A stretch of 37,209 bases of DNA from a bacterium. GTDB lineage: Bacteria; Margulisbacteria; Marinamargulisbacteria; JAAEMD01. The position numbers and the translations under genes were made by a program. Shown here piece after piece: positions 8,468-18,797 of this stretch. Every line of letters begins with the position of its first letter. Position 1 is the first letter of the stretch. The notes under the pieces were generated by a model, which worked only from the letters and a program-made list of their open reading frames with translations, was not told the origin of the DNA and did no database searches. The DNA lies in the NCBI GenBank assembly GCA_024225875.1, contig JAAEMD010000568.1, positions 1 through 37,209 of the forward strand. The letters are read 5' to 3'.

Positions 8468-9763
8468 ATGATTAATATAGGTTTAATTGGTCTGGGAAAT
8501 GTTGGTGGCGGGGTATTACGGATACTGAGGGATAATGCAGAATTAATAACGCAGAGAACAGGCCGGAAAATTAGAGTAAAAACTGTTGTTGTACGTGATC
8601 CGGATAAGAAAAGAAATATGGACTTAACCGGTATTAATATATCTGATAACCCTGAAGATATAATTAATGATCCGGATATTAAAATAGTAGTAGAAGTTAT
8701 TGGTGGAGAAAAGCCGGCCTGTGACTATATCTGTTCAGCCTTAAAGAAAGGCAAACATGTGGTTACTGCTAACAAGGAGGTTATAGCCAGGTATAATAAT
8801 GAGTTAACTAACCTTGCAGAACAAAATAATGCAGATATTTATTATGAGGCTGCGGTAGGTGGAGGTATCCCTGTAATAAGATCTCTGAAAGTAGGGTTTG
8901 CAGCGAATAAAATTAAAGCTGTATACGGTATATTAAATGGAACAACCAATTATATTTTAACTAAAATTGAGGAAGAAGGGAAAAGCTTTGATGAGGTTCT
9001 GAAAAAAGCTCAGGACCTGGGTTTTGCAGAAGCTGATCCGGCTATGGATATATCAGGCCTGGATGCAGCCTATAAACTTATTATATTAGCGGCAGTTGCA
9101 TTTAAAACCGATGTTACAATAGACAGTTTATTCTATGAAGGAATAGAAAATATTAAGCTGAGAGATATTGTTTGTGCAGATGAGCTGGGCTATAAAATAA
9201 AATTACTGGCAACAGGCCAGGATTTAAACAGTAGAGGGCTTTCTTTAAAAGTACACCCTGCGCTGATACCAAAGTCACATCCTCTAGCTATGGTGAAAAA
9301 TGAATTTAATGCCGTTTATTTAGAAGGAGATATGGTTGGAGAGTCAATGCTTTTCGGTAAGGGAGCAGGCCCGTTTCCAACAGGATCAGCTGTTGTTTCG
9401 GATATTATTGATATTGCTATGGACAAAAGGGCAGCTTCTGACAGGATAAGCAGGAAAGAAAGTGTTGCTGCCTGCAAGAGAGTATTACTGCCGATAGAAA
9501 AGTGTGAAACCAGATTTTATATACGTTTTAGCAGCCTTGATAAGCAAGGGCTGGTTGAGAAGATAAACCGGGTGCTGGAAAAGAATAACATCGGTATCTC
9601 GCAGACAGGGCCGGAAGAAAAAATAGAACAAAGGTCAGAAGTCGTAATGATAACAGATAAAGTCCAGGAACAGGATCTTTATAAAGCTGTAGCGGAACTG
9701 GACAGGCAGGATTTTTTAATAGAACCCTGTTATGTAATACGGCTGGGCCTGGACGATGATTAG
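8468..9763 (+). CDS. hom: Homoserine dehydrogenase
   Basis: Motifs IGLIGLGNVGGG (Rossmann fold), VVTANK, GILNGTTNYIL and AEADP..DI are present, with a C-terminal ACT-like region. Confidence 0.9.
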   Translation: MINIGLIGLGNVGGGVLRILRDNAELITQRTGRKIRVKTVVVRDPDKKRNMDLTGINISDNPEDIINDPDIKIVVEVIGGEKPACDYICSALKKGKHVVTANKEVIARYNNELTNLAEQNNADIYYEAAVGGGIPVIRSLKVGFAANKIKAVYGILNGTTNYILTKIEEEGKSFDEVLKKAQDLGFAEADPAMDISGLDAAYKLIILAAVAFKTDVTIDSLFYEGIENIKLRDIVCADELGYKIKLLATGQDLNSRGLSLKVHPALIPKSHPLAMVKNEFNAVYLEGDMVGESMLFGKGAGPFPTGSAVVSDIIDIAMDKRAASDRISRKESVAACKRVLLPIEKCETRFYIRFSSLDKQGLVEKINRVLEKNNIGISQTGPEEKIEQRSEVVMITDKVQEQDLYKAVAELDRQDFLIEPCYVIRLGLDDD

Positions 9764-9819
9764 TCGGGAACAGCGGTAAATTATATTTTAGTGTCGGTTT
9801 TAAAGAAATATATTAATAA

Positions 9820-11676
9820 CTATTTTATTTCTCGATATTTTTTATGTATTAAAGAAATAATTTTCAAATCCCCCTGTTTTGCGGCTAGATAGAGGGGCGT
9901 GTTTCCTTCTTTATCCACTGCATTGGGATTGGCCCCATATTTAAGTAGAATACCAGTTGCTTCAGAGGAAGACTTTATAGTGCTGTAATGAAGTGCTGTT
10001 TTGCCGTCATTATCTGTAGAGCAGATTTGTTTATCAGGCTCAATATCCAGGAGGATCCTGATAACATCAACATAATTATAATAAGCGGCAACAATAAGAG
10101 GTATCCTGCCGTTTTCTTCTTTGGTAAACACATCGGCGCCGTTTCTTATCAGGCTTTTTACAGTATTGACATAGTTAGCCTGTACAGCAGCGTGTAGAGC
10201 AGTGTGATTCTGGGTGTCCTGAACTTCAATATTTGCTCCTTTGGCAATTAAAATGTCTACAACTTTATCAGCTCCATTTAGAGCAGCACATAAAAGGGGC
10301 GTTTCTCCAAAGGTATTCACCGCTTCTGTAGCAGCATTATTTTTTAATAAAAAAGCAGTTGCCTGTAAAGCGCCATCTCTGGCTGCGAAATGAAGAGGTG
10401 TTTCTCCGTTTGACAGAACATTAATATCTACGTTCTTTTTCAGGAGTAACTCAATGATACTCCAGTGATTGTGAGATGCTGCAATATGTACAGGCATTAA
10501 TTTATGCTTTTCGACAGCGCTGCAGTCAGCACCGTTATCAATTAGATACCTGGCAATTTCCTGATGACCGTATTCTGATGCAAGGTGAAGGAGAGTTTGT
10601 CTATCATCGTTACAAATGTCAATACTGGACTCCAGCTTTAACATAAACTTTACAGCTGTAAGGCTGCCGCCTGTTACTGCACTGTGCAGAGGTAAATTTC
10701 CGTCTATATCTTTGATGTTGTGTTTTGCCCCATTTTCAATAAGGAGTTGAAGAGTGTCTGTGTTTCCGTCCATAGCGGCTATATGAAGAGGTGTAAAGCC
10801 ATTAACATTTGCTGCATTAATATTTGCTCCATGCTGAATAAGAAAAAGTACCATATTCTGTCCAGCACTGCTGCAGGCAATATGCAGTGGGGTATTATTT
10901 TTATCATCCGCCCCATCAATTTTAGCGCTGTGTTCTAATAAAAGTTCCACTTTTTTAATATTGCCGCCTCTTGTTGCAATCTGGAGCGGAGTTCTATGCC
11001 TGTGCCCGACACCATGGTTTATTTCATATGGTTTGATTCTATTTAGCAGACCTTTGGAGGTGCTTATTTCATGAGGGATCGCCATATTGAAGTGCAGGTG
11101 TGTCCATTCTGATTTTCTGGTAGCAGCTATAATATCTGCTCCTGTTTCTAACAGCAGTTTTATTCCAGGCTGGTTATCATTATCAGCCGCTACGCAGAGA
11201 GGAGTTTCTCCATTATTATTAGCCACATTTATTTGTTTTATGACTTCTGGTTTTGACAAGAAAAGCTTGATAATATCAGTATTTCCAGTTCTTGCGCTGA
11301 GATGTAAAGGAAGGTTGCCTTTTTTGTCTGCTATACAAGGGTCCAGCCCTTTTTTCTCTAATAATAAATTTACAATTTCTTTTTGACCAATTTCTACTGC
11401 TATATGTAAGGCTGTCCACCCGTTTTTATCTTTAGCATTTACACCGATACCTTCCTTAAGGATATCCTTTAACTGATCTATATTTTTGCTGTGAACTGCA
11501 TAGTGTACAGGTTTCCAGTTGAATTCATCAATAAAGCTGCTGGCCTTTCCTGCCAGAATAACAGCTGCATCAATACGGCCGCGTTTAGCAGCTTCAAAAA
11601 GATCGTCAATTTTTTTGTTTTCATTACTAATGTTTTGTTTATATAAAAAATTCGATGATCTGGAAACTTTCATCAA
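9820..11676 (-). CDS. Ankyrin-repeat protein (about 16 repeats)
   Basis: It shows reiterated 33-aa units of the type NG.TPLH.AA..G....V..LL..GA..N along almost the whole 618 aa. There is no signal peptide. Confidence 0.85.
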   Translation of the reverse strand: MMKVSRSSNFLYKQNISNENKKIDDLFEAAKRGRIDAAVILAGKASSFIDEFNWKPVHYAVHSKNIDQLKDILKEGIGVNAKDKNGWTALHIAVEIGQKEIVNLLLEKKGLDPCIADKKGNLPLHLSARTGNTDIIKLFLSKPEVIKQINVANNNGETPLCVAADNDNQPGIKLLLETGADIIAATRKSEWTHLHFNMAIPHEISTSKGLLNRIKPYEINHGVGHRHRTPLQIATRGGNIKKVELLLEHSAKIDGADDKNNTPLHIACSSAGQNMVLFLIQHGANINAANVNGFTPLHIAAMDGNTDTLQLLIENGAKHNIKDIDGNLPLHSAVTGGSLTAVKFMLKLESSIDICNDDRQTLLHLASEYGHQEIARYLIDNGADCSAVEKHKLMPVHIAASHNHWSIIELLLKKNVDINVLSNGETPLHFAARDGALQATAFLLKNNAATEAVNTFGETPLLCAALNGADKVVDILIAKGANIEVQDTQNHTALHAAVQANYVNTVKSLIRNGADVFTKEENGRIPLIVAAYYNYVDVIRILLDIEPDKQICSTDNDGKTALHYSTIKSSSEATGILLKYGANPNAVDKEGNTPLYLAAKQGDLKIISLIHKKYREIK

Positions 11677-11935
11677 AAACCTCTTTGATTTTATTCTAAT
11701 AACAGCCTGTCAGTTGAATTGAAGACAGTTTATTTTAACCTGCATAAACAAGTATTTTTTTATTATTTACCCATAGCTCAGCCTGGATTACTCATACAAA
11801 ACGAAGCTAAAAAAACACACTTCTGTAATTTTAGCATCTGCGAGAATAAAACGGCTTTGAAGTTATGATTAATTTTATTATAGCAGATTAACATAGGATT
11901 TTGTGTTAATGGCATGTATAAGGTGATAAATGGCT

Positions 11936-12832
11936 TTATGGGCTGTAAAAGAAATCGCCGTTTTTAATTTTAACAAACTCAGTAAAGCGTTTACCGGAAA
12001 AGACACCTTCTCTTGTAGAACGGATAATATTTATCATAACTAAAAAATCACTTGATGATACAAAAAGGTTATTGTCTTTGATAACAATGCAGCCCGGGTT
12101 GGACGACGGGATATTAGTTGGCTCTACCTCGATGATCTCCAGTAACATTCTTTTAAACTGACATACTGCGAAATGAATCGGGTTACAGGCGCGTACTAAA
12201 GACTCTATTGAGCTTGCAGGCTGATTCCAGTTTATGTAAGTATTTGAGGGCTTTATTTGAGGAAGGTACCTGCTTTTTGACTGCGGTTCATCCCCGAGTT
12301 TATCATTTATCATTAATGAATATAATTCTTCAATAATCACAGGGGACATCAGATTAACCCGGGTATTGTAACTTCCTATAGTTTCGTACTTATTAAGAGC
12401 AAAGACTTTTTTGTAGACAATATTTCCCATATCCCATTCGTTTGTCAGCTTGTGAATTGTTACTACTGAGCTTCTTTCACCATTTCGTATTACCCAGAAA
12501 TAAGGGTTTGCTGACCTGTATCCTGGTAAAGGGCCCGGGTGAAAATTTATAGCAGCTTTTCCTGCCAGATTAATTATATGCTCAGGAACTTTATAACCGA
12601 AAATGATAGAGAAAATATAGTCTGGATTAAAATCTGATATTTTAACTGAAAGAGACCTGTCATTAATGTTTTTATAGATATATGTTTCTATATTACTGTT
12701 TTTAAAGCTGGATAAAAATTTATATTCTTTTTTTTCTTCCAGAAGTAAAAATAGTATACGGCAATTCAGTTTTAACAGGGTGTCTATACAGGTTTTTGTA
12801 ATAATAGAATAACCAAAAACAGCAAGCTTCAT
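11936..12832 (-). CDS. Formyltransferase family protein (Fmt/ArnA-like)
   Basis: AINFHPGPLPGYRSANPYFW and TIHKLTNEWDMGNIV match the N-x-H ... D catalytic core of formyltransferases. A C-terminal Fmt-like domain is present. The substrate is unknown. Confidence 0.6.
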   Translation of the reverse strand: MKLAVFGYSIITKTCIDTLLKLNCRILFLLLEEKKEYKFLSSFKNSNIETYIYKNINDRSLSVKISDFNPDYIFSIIFGYKVPEHIINLAGKAAINFHPGPLPGYRSANPYFWVIRNGERSSVVTIHKLTNEWDMGNIVYKKVFALNKYETIGSYNTRVNLMSPVIIEELYSLMINDKLGDEPQSKSRYLPQIKPSNTYINWNQPASSIESLVRACNPIHFAVCQFKRMLLEIIEVEPTNIPSSNPGCIVIKDNNLFVSSSDFLVMINIIRSTREGVFSGKRFTEFVKIKNGDFFYSP

Positions 12833-12859
12833 ATTCTAATATTATGTATAATAATACTT

Positions 12860-13591
12860 ATGAATACAATATCCTTATTTGGTTATAATATTAATCAGTG
12901 TTCGTACTATGATATTTTGAAATCCCTGCCGTCACTTTCTTCAAACAAAATGTTTAATATCATTATTACATTAAATCCGCAAATTATTGTTAAGGCCGAA
13001 AAATCTGATTCAATGAGATCTTTTATTAAGAGAGCCGCATTCTGTGTTCCGGATGGAACAGCCTTGATAATATCGGCTCTGCTTATCAAAAGAAAGAAAA
13101 TAAACAGGATAACCGGCATTGATCTTGTAAGTAAACTTTTGAGTACTAACAATTCTTTTTATTTAGCAGGAGGTAGAGAAGAAGTAATTATAAGAGCAGT
13201 AGAAAATATCAGTAAAGCATATCCTGGCGTATGTATTAAAGGTTATCATCACGGTTTTTTTTCCGACAGACAGGAGCAGGCAGTTATTGAAGATATTAAA
13301 ATAAAGAAGCCGGATATTATACTGGTCGGTATGGGCTACCCTGAACAGGAGCTGTTTCTGGAAAAATTATCAGGACAGTTAAACTCCGGGACCGGCATAG
13401 GTGTCGGTGGTTCCTTTGATGTTTTATCAGGCTCTAAGAAAAGAGCCCCGAGGCTGATTCAGTATCTTGGCCTGGAGTGGTTTTTTCGTGGTTTGATAGA
13501 ACCTGCACGTATGGCTGGATGGTGGTTTATACCTGTTTTTTTCTGGCTTCTGCTTAAAGAGGCTGTTTTTGATAGAAGAAAACTAACATAG
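12860..13591 (+). CDS. WecB/TagA/CpsF-family glycosyltransferase
   Basis: Family motifs are present: VPDGTALI, GMGYPEQE, GVGGSFDVLSG..KRAP and GLEWFFR...EP.R. Confidence 0.85.
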   Translation: MNTISLFGYNINQCSYYDILKSLPSLSSNKMFNIIITLNPQIIVKAEKSDSMRSFIKRAAFCVPDGTALIISALLIKRKKINRITGIDLVSKLLSTNNSFYLAGGREEVIIRAVENISKAYPGVCIKGYHHGFFSDRQEQAVIEDIKIKKPDIILVGMGYPEQELFLEKLSGQLNSGTGIGVGGSFDVLSGSKKRAPRLIQYLGLEWFFRGLIEPARMAGWWFIPVFFWLLLKEAVFDRRKLT

Positions 13592-13646
13592 ACCTAACAA
13601 ATATCTTATCTTCTTCTAACACATTCGCCGCATACTTATCATTGTA

Positions 13647-14933
13647 ATGAAAAATAAAAATAAATTAATGCCATATTTATTATTTAATATTACGGCCATA
13701 CAGCCGACAGGTAAACCGACGGCCAGTTTTAAATCGTCGGCACCGATGCCAGTTACTAAAAACAGTACTCCTGATCAGATTTTAAAAACAGTAAGTGCAA
13801 TTATTGCCAGCAATAAAGCCAAAACTAAACACCAGACAAAATCTGTTAAAAAAGGTTATGTAAAGAGCGTTATGATAAAGCCTAAAAAAGCTGTAGGAAA
13901 AAAACCCGGCCTTGGTAAAGCGTCAGTAAAACCTCCGAAGTTAAGTGTAGGGTTTCAGTTATATGGTGGCTCACATGGAAGAAATGACAGGGTAAAGGGA
14001 TCTAGTGGCGGTTATGACAAAATCAGACGTGTTCAGCAGGGAAACCCCAGAAAACCTGTCAGTCTTAACGGTATAAAGGTAGCTTTTAAGACTGCTTATC
14101 CGGGTTTTCTTTTTGGCAGGATAAACGCAGTTTCTATAGCTAGAGTTAATGATGAAGAGAAGCCGGCGCCTCTAACTTTTGGTTACCAGGCAGAATCAGC
14201 GAACCTGTTGTTTGTATGCAGTTATGTGGAAGGCACAAAAACGATAGTGCAGCTCGAAAATCTGAAAACAAAAGAAGTTCTTGATACTTGTGAAATAGAA
14301 GGTTATAAGGGAAGTCCCGGGGTAACCTGTTTAAGGGCTGTTGGCAGGAATCGTGTTATTGGGATTTTTTCTAACCACTTAATTGCTTTTGATATAAGAA
14401 ATAAGAAGCTTAAAGAGCCTCTGTTTTTTAATATCGAAAATGTAGATTATTTTGATGTTCTTCAGAACAGCAATAAATATTTAATATGCTTGAAGAACAA
14501 AACTATTATGATTGGTGAAGTAGTTGAAGATAACCTGGAAGAAAAACATAACTTTAATTTAAAGATAGATGAAAATATTTCTTCTGTTGAATACAAGCGT
14601 GAAGACAGGATACTTTTAGGTTTATATAGTGGTAGAACGACAGGTTATGAATTAAAAGATGAAGGCTGGGTTTACTATAAAAAATATATTGATAAAAAGA
14701 GCCCTGTATATACAATACAGGCCTGTAATATGAAGGGTATTGTTGCGGTAAGTGGCAATGATAACAGTATTATTCTTGTGCAGACAGATGGACAATACGA
14801 ACAAATAAATCTTGATAAGACAAAGAAACAGGCCTTTTTGGATAAGCGGGTAATATATATAGAATTTTTAGATCAGATAATGTTTTATGCGTGTAATGAT
14901 GGCAGTATTGGTATTGCGAACAATCCATTTTAA
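13647..14933 (+). CDS. Hypothetical protein: Lys/Pro-rich N-terminal region plus a beta-rich (propeller-like) C-terminal region
   Basis: This is a long ORF with coding-like composition. Its N-terminal third is basic (KPKKAVGKKPGLGKASVKPPK). The remainder shows repeated short beta-strand-like segments. No motif was recognised. Confidence 0.5.
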   Translation: MKNKNKLMPYLLFNITAIQPTGKPTASFKSSAPMPVTKNSTPDQILKTVSAIIASNKAKTKHQTKSVKKGYVKSVMIKPKKAVGKKPGLGKASVKPPKLSVGFQLYGGSHGRNDRVKGSSGGYDKIRRVQQGNPRKPVSLNGIKVAFKTAYPGFLFGRINAVSIARVNDEEKPAPLTFGYQAESANLLFVCSYVEGTKTIVQLENLKTKEVLDTCEIEGYKGSPGVTCLRAVGRNRVIGIFSNHLIAFDIRNKKLKEPLFFNIENVDYFDVLQNSNKYLICLKNKTIMIGEVVEDNLEEKHNFNLKIDENISSVEYKREDRILLGLYSGRTTGYELKDEGWVYYKKYIDKKSPVYTIQACNMKGIVAVSGNDNSIILVQTDGQYEQINLDKTKKQAFLDKRVIYIEFLDQIMFYACNDGSIGIANNPF

Positions 14934-14972
14934 TTTTAGATAATTCAGAATTGATGTCAAAACTTTTTTAAT

Positions 14973-15665
14973 ATGGACAAAAGAATTCTTATAATTGAAG
15001 ATGAAGAAGATATAGTAGAGTTAATCAGCTATAATCTTAAAATAGAAGGTTTTTTTGTTGACAGCATATCCAGTGGTATTGATGTGTTGAAAAAAGTTGA
15101 GGCTGTTAAACCGGATCTTATAATACTGGATTTAATGCTTCCAGGAATCAGTGGGCTGGAAATATGCCGCCAGATAAAACAGACTGAAGATACCAGGTTT
15201 ATACCTATAATAATGTTAACGGCAAAATCCGAAGAGTCCGATATTGTACTGGGTCTGGAGCTTGGGGCTTCCGATTATGTTACTAAACCGTTTAGCCCTA
15301 AGGTGCTCAACGCAAGGGTCAGGTCTGTTCTAAGGCAAAACAAGAAGCCTGTATCAACAAAATCCAATGTCCTGGAGATTGAAGGGTTAAGAATAATTCT
15401 GGATAGAAGAGAAGTGTTTATAGTAGATGAATATATAGATTTGACCTATTCTGAATTTCAGGTCTTATATTTGCTTGCCAGTCATATTGGCAGGGTTTTT
15501 TCCAGGTATCAGATTATTGAAGAAGTTCATGGTAATGACTATATAGTTACGGACCGTGCTGTAGATGTTCTGATAGTTAATCTAAGAAAGAAACTTCTAA
15601 GCTATTCTAAAAGAATCGAAACTGTCAGAGGTGTCGGGTACCGTTTTAATGATAAAAAGAAATAA
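14973..15665 (+). CDS. OmpR/PhoB-family response regulator
   Basis: The receiver domain carries ILIIEDEEDI, DLIILDLMLPG and KPF. The C-terminal winged-helix domain ends ...VRGVGYRF. Confidence 0.9.
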   Translation: MDKRILIIEDEEDIVELISYNLKIEGFFVDSISSGIDVLKKVEAVKPDLIILDLMLPGISGLEICRQIKQTEDTRFIPIIMLTAKSEESDIVLGLELGASDYVTKPFSPKVLNARVRSVLRQNKKPVSTKSNVLEIEGLRIILDRREVFIVDEYIDLTYSEFQVLYLLASHIGRVFSRYQIIEEVHGNDYIVTDRAVDVLIVNLRKKLLSYSKRIETVRGVGYRFNDKKK

Positions 15666-17097
15666 GAAAAAACTATTATGGTTTATCCTGCCCTCATATT
15701 TACTGGTGAGTCTTGCTTCACTAATAGTAGTTGCTTTATTTACTACCTCAACATTTAAAAAGTTTTATATAAAACATACAGAATCTGATTTACTGGCTAT
15801 ATCACAGTTGATAGATCCACTGATCACTAAAAGCTTAAAGAAAAAAAACTTTTCTATCATAATTAACAAGTTAGATAATCTTAAGGTAGAGTCTCCCCTG
15901 CAGTTTACTTATATCAGTCCTGAAGGCGATCTGATCTATGATAGTGCTAAAAGTGAATATAAGACTGATAACTATAAAAACAGCCCGGAAGTAGCAGCTG
16001 CTTTAAATAAGGGTTCAGGTGTTTCGATCAGATTTAACAGCGATTTAAAAGTAAGAACCATGTATTTAGCGCTTTTACATAGATCTGAAAACAGAGTGAA
16101 CGGGATTATAAGGCTGGCAGTCTCAATTAAGAGTATGGATATAGTTCTCATGGGTTTATATCTTAAAATAATTTTCATAGGTCTGGTTTTTATTATTATA
16201 TCGGTGATGGTGAGTATATTTGTTTCACAGCAGATTACCAGGCCAATTAAAGAGCTGACTATATGTACAAGGCAGTATGCATGCGGTAACTTTGATATGG
16301 ACCTGCCGGAAGCCAGCTCCAAAGAAATCGGTTCTCTGATTCTACAGACTAAGCATATGTCTAAACGTTTATCTGAAAATATTACCAAACTTGAAAAACT
16401 TGAAAAAATGAGAAAAGAGTTTGTTGCCAATGTATCTCACGAACTTAAAACCCCGATAACACTAATTGGTGGTTTTAGCGAAACCCTGCTGGAAGAGGAT
16501 GTGCAGGATCCTGACAGGACCAGAAAGTTTTTAGAAATAATAAAAAAACATTCGGAACGAATAAACTTTATTATAGAAGACCTTTTAACTTTATCAAAAA
16601 TAGAACAGGATGAGGGCGCTCAAATAGTACTCGAGAAAACTGACATTAAAGCAGTTGTTTTAAGAGCTGTTGAAACCTGTTCGGTAAAAGCTGATGAAAA
16701 GAACATTAAGATAAATACGGAAGTTGACGGCAGGCTTAAGATACGTATAAATCCTCCTCTAATAGAGCAGGCAGTAACAAATTTACTGGATAATGCTGTA
16801 AAGTACAGCCCGGCAGACAGTGATATAAAAGTCAGCAGTAATATTAAGGACAAACATCTGGTTATTACTGTTTCTGACCCTGGCAATGGCATTGAGGAGA
16901 AGCATCTGCCGTATCTTTTTCAGAGGTTTTACAGAGTTGATCAGGCCAGGAGCAGAGAACAGGGAGGTACAGGACTGGGGCTGGCAATAGTAAAGCATAT
17001 AGCACAGGCTCATGGTGGAACTGTTGATGTTAAAAGTGAAATCAATAAAGGCACTTCATTTTATATATATTTACCACTGGAGCAGGATAGGTCTTAA
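15649..17097 (+). CDS. Sensor histidine kinase (two TM segments, HAMP, HisKA, HATPase)
   Basis: FVANVSHELKTPIT is the H-box, NLLDNAVKY the N-box, and GGTGLGLAIVKHI the G-box. The ATG at 15649 (MIKRNKKK...) overlaps the regulator stop; the track's upstream start at 15631 is less likely. Confidence 0.85.
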   Translation: MIKRNKKKLLWFILPSYLLVSLASLIVVALFTTSTFKKFYIKHTESDLLAISQLIDPLITKSLKKKNFSIIINKLDNLKVESPLQFTYISPEGDLIYDSAKSEYKTDNYKNSPEVAAALNKGSGVSIRFNSDLKVRTMYLALLHRSENRVNGIIRLAVSIKSMDIVLMGLYLKIIFIGLVFIIISVMVSIFVSQQITRPIKELTICTRQYACGNFDMDLPEASSKEIGSLILQTKHMSKRLSENITKLEKLEKMRKEFVANVSHELKTPITLIGGFSETLLEEDVQDPDRTRKFLEIIKKHSERINFIIEDLLTLSKIEQDEGAQIVLEKTDIKAVVLRAVETCSVKADEKNIKINTEVDGRLKIRINPPLIEQAVTNLLDNAVKYSPADSDIKVSSNIKDKHLVITVSDPGNGIEEKHLPYLFQRFYRVDQARSREQGGTGLGLAIVKHIAQAHGGTVDVKSEINKGTSFYIYLPLEQDRS

Positions 17098-17186
17098 CAG
17101 CAGGCGAGGATCCAGGTATTTTATTTAAATGGCTGCCTGAAATATCATAATATTTAAATTATATAAGGATAAAGCATAAATCAAGA

Positions 17187-17206
17187 GGGCAGGTACCTGC
17201 CTTTTA
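17187..17206 (+). terminator. Candidate rho-independent terminator after the kinase gene
   Basis: A GGCAGG-TA-CCTGCC palindrome (17188-17201) is followed by TTTT. It lies about 90 nt downstream of the kinase stop. Confidence 0.4.
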
Positions 17207-17254
17207 ATGTTCCAGATATTGATAAAAAAAATTTAAGATGTTAAAAATAGTTGT

Positions 17255-18106
17255 ATGAAAAGTAGTTTGGAAAATTTGATAAAGAGTGCTTTGGCAGAAG
17301 ACCTTCCTTCAGGAGACGTAACAACTGAATTAATGGCAATAGAAGATACCGATATACAGGCAGGATTAATTTCCAGAGAAGACGGTATTTTTTTTGGCCA
17401 GGAGGTTATCTTGAGTTTTTTTAATATAATAAACCAGGATATTAAAATACAAATGAAAAAAAGTGATGGTGACCCGGTAACACCGGGAGAGGAAGTCTGT
17501 ATATTAGAGGGGTCTTTTAAAACTCTTCTTAAATCAGAGCGGGTTATGTTAAATTTTTTACAGAGACTATCTGGAGTTGCCACAATTACAGGAAAATTTG
17601 TTAAGAGGCTGAATAATAATAAAATAAAAATCCTGGATACCAGGAAAACAACCCCTTTATTCAGAAAACTGGAGAAACAAGCGATTCTGGCTGGAGGCGG
17701 GTTTAACCACAGACAAGGGTTATCTGATATGGTTTTGATAAAAGAAAATCATATAACAGCCTTTAAAAAAAAGAGAAATATAGAAGAGCTGCCGGCTGTA
17801 TTAAGTGAGTATAAGAAAAAAAATCCTGATATTAATATAGAAATTGAAATAGAAGAGCCGGATCAGTTGTATGATTTTGACTTTAGCATAGCAGACTATA
17901 TTATGTTTGATAATTTTGAAATAGCAGATATTAAAAAAGGGATTGAAATATGTCGAGATAAACAATATAAAGCAGAAATAGAGGTGTCCGGAAATATATC
18001 TCTTGAAAATATTCATTTTTATTCTAATCTAGATATAGACAGGATTTCTATAGGAAGCTTAACCCATTCGGTAAAAGCCCTGGACATGTCCCTGTTATTT
18101 TATTAA
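17255..18106 (+). CDS. nadC: Nicotinate-nucleotide pyrophosphorylase (quinolinate phosphoribosyltransferase)
   Basis: Motifs LPSGDVTT, ERVMLNFLQRLSGVAT, ILDTRKTTP, KENH and VSG...L...I..IS.G match NadC. Confidence 0.85.
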   Translation: MKSSLENLIKSALAEDLPSGDVTTELMAIEDTDIQAGLISREDGIFFGQEVILSFFNIINQDIKIQMKKSDGDPVTPGEEVCILEGSFKTLLKSERVMLNFLQRLSGVATITGKFVKRLNNNKIKILDTRKTTPLFRKLEKQAILAGGGFNHRQGLSDMVLIKENHITAFKKKRNIEELPAVLSEYKKKNPDINIEIEIEEPDQLYDFDFSIADYIMFDNFEIADIKKGIEICRDKQYKAEIEVSGNISLENIHFYSNLDIDRISIGSLTHSVKALDMSLLFY

Positions 18107-18124
18107 AAAAGTGAGTTCTGAAAT

Positions 18125-18754
18125 ATGATGGATTTTAACAAAAAAACAGAGTACGAAAAACTATCGTTTACTGAGCTGGCAGATGTCTGCAGCGAATGCC
18201 GGAAATGTGCTTTATGCGAAACAAGAACCAGTGTTGTGATTGGATATGGGCCGGTACCCTGTAACCTTATGGTTATTGGTGAAGCCCCGGGTGAGCAGGA
18301 GGATTTAAGCGGTAAACCATTTACTGGTAAGGCCGGGAAGCTTCTTACTAAAATGTTTGAGTCTATTGATATTGAAAGAGACCGTAACGTTTATATTACA
18401 AATACAGTAAAATGCAGGCCTCCGAAAAATAGAGACCCTCAACTTAATGAAATAGAAAACTGTCACGACTATCTGATTCGTCAAATTCAGTTAGTAAAGC
18501 CGAAATTAATAATTTTACTGGGAGCGCCATCTTTAAAAACTGTTCTGGATAGTAAACTGTCAATTTCTAAAGCAAGAGGTAAATGGTATTTAGCTGGAGT
18601 GGACTATATGAAGGAGCCTCTTTATATTTTACCGACATTTCATCCATCGTATCTTTTACGACAGCAGTCGCGTGAGAAAGGAAGTCCCAAATGGCTGGCA
18701 TGGCAGGACATGAAGGAAGTAAAGATAGCTTATGATTATTATTCAACAGCATAG
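18125..18754 (+). CDS. Uracil-DNA glycosylase, family 4 (Fe-S type)
   Basis: It has a cysteine cluster (CSECRKCALC), GEAPGEQED, GKPFTGKAGKLL, VKCRPP and a HPSYLLR motif. Confidence 0.85.
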   Translation: MMDFNKKTEYEKLSFTELADVCSECRKCALCETRTSVVIGYGPVPCNLMVIGEAPGEQEDLSGKPFTGKAGKLLTKMFESIDIERDRNVYITNTVKCRPPKNRDPQLNEIENCHDYLIRQIQLVKPKLIILLGAPSLKTVLDSKLSISKARGKWYLAGVDYMKEPLYILPTFHPSYLLRQQSREKGSPKWLAWQDMKEVKIAYDYYSTA

Positions 18755-18797
18755 CGGCATTTTTATAATAAGTAATATGAGTTATAATTAAACACTG

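Noticed and set aside
9988-11722. Plus-strand ORFs (67-99 aa) lie opposite the ankyrin gene.
   Set aside because: These are shadow ORFs of a repeat-rich CDS, with no motifs or RBS.
11770-11800. A tRNA-like fragment, CCATAGCTCAGCCTGGATTACTCATAC, resembles the D-arm and the CTCATAC anticodon loop of the tRNA-CAT at 29808.
   Set aside because: It has no complementary D-stem or anticodon-stem strands, no T arm and no acceptor stem. It could be a chance match or a very decayed fragment, and it is not supportable as a gene or an att site.
15972-17583. Minus-strand ORFs (76-152 aa) lie opposite the kinase and nadC genes.
   Set aside because: These are shadow ORFs opposite motif-supported genes.
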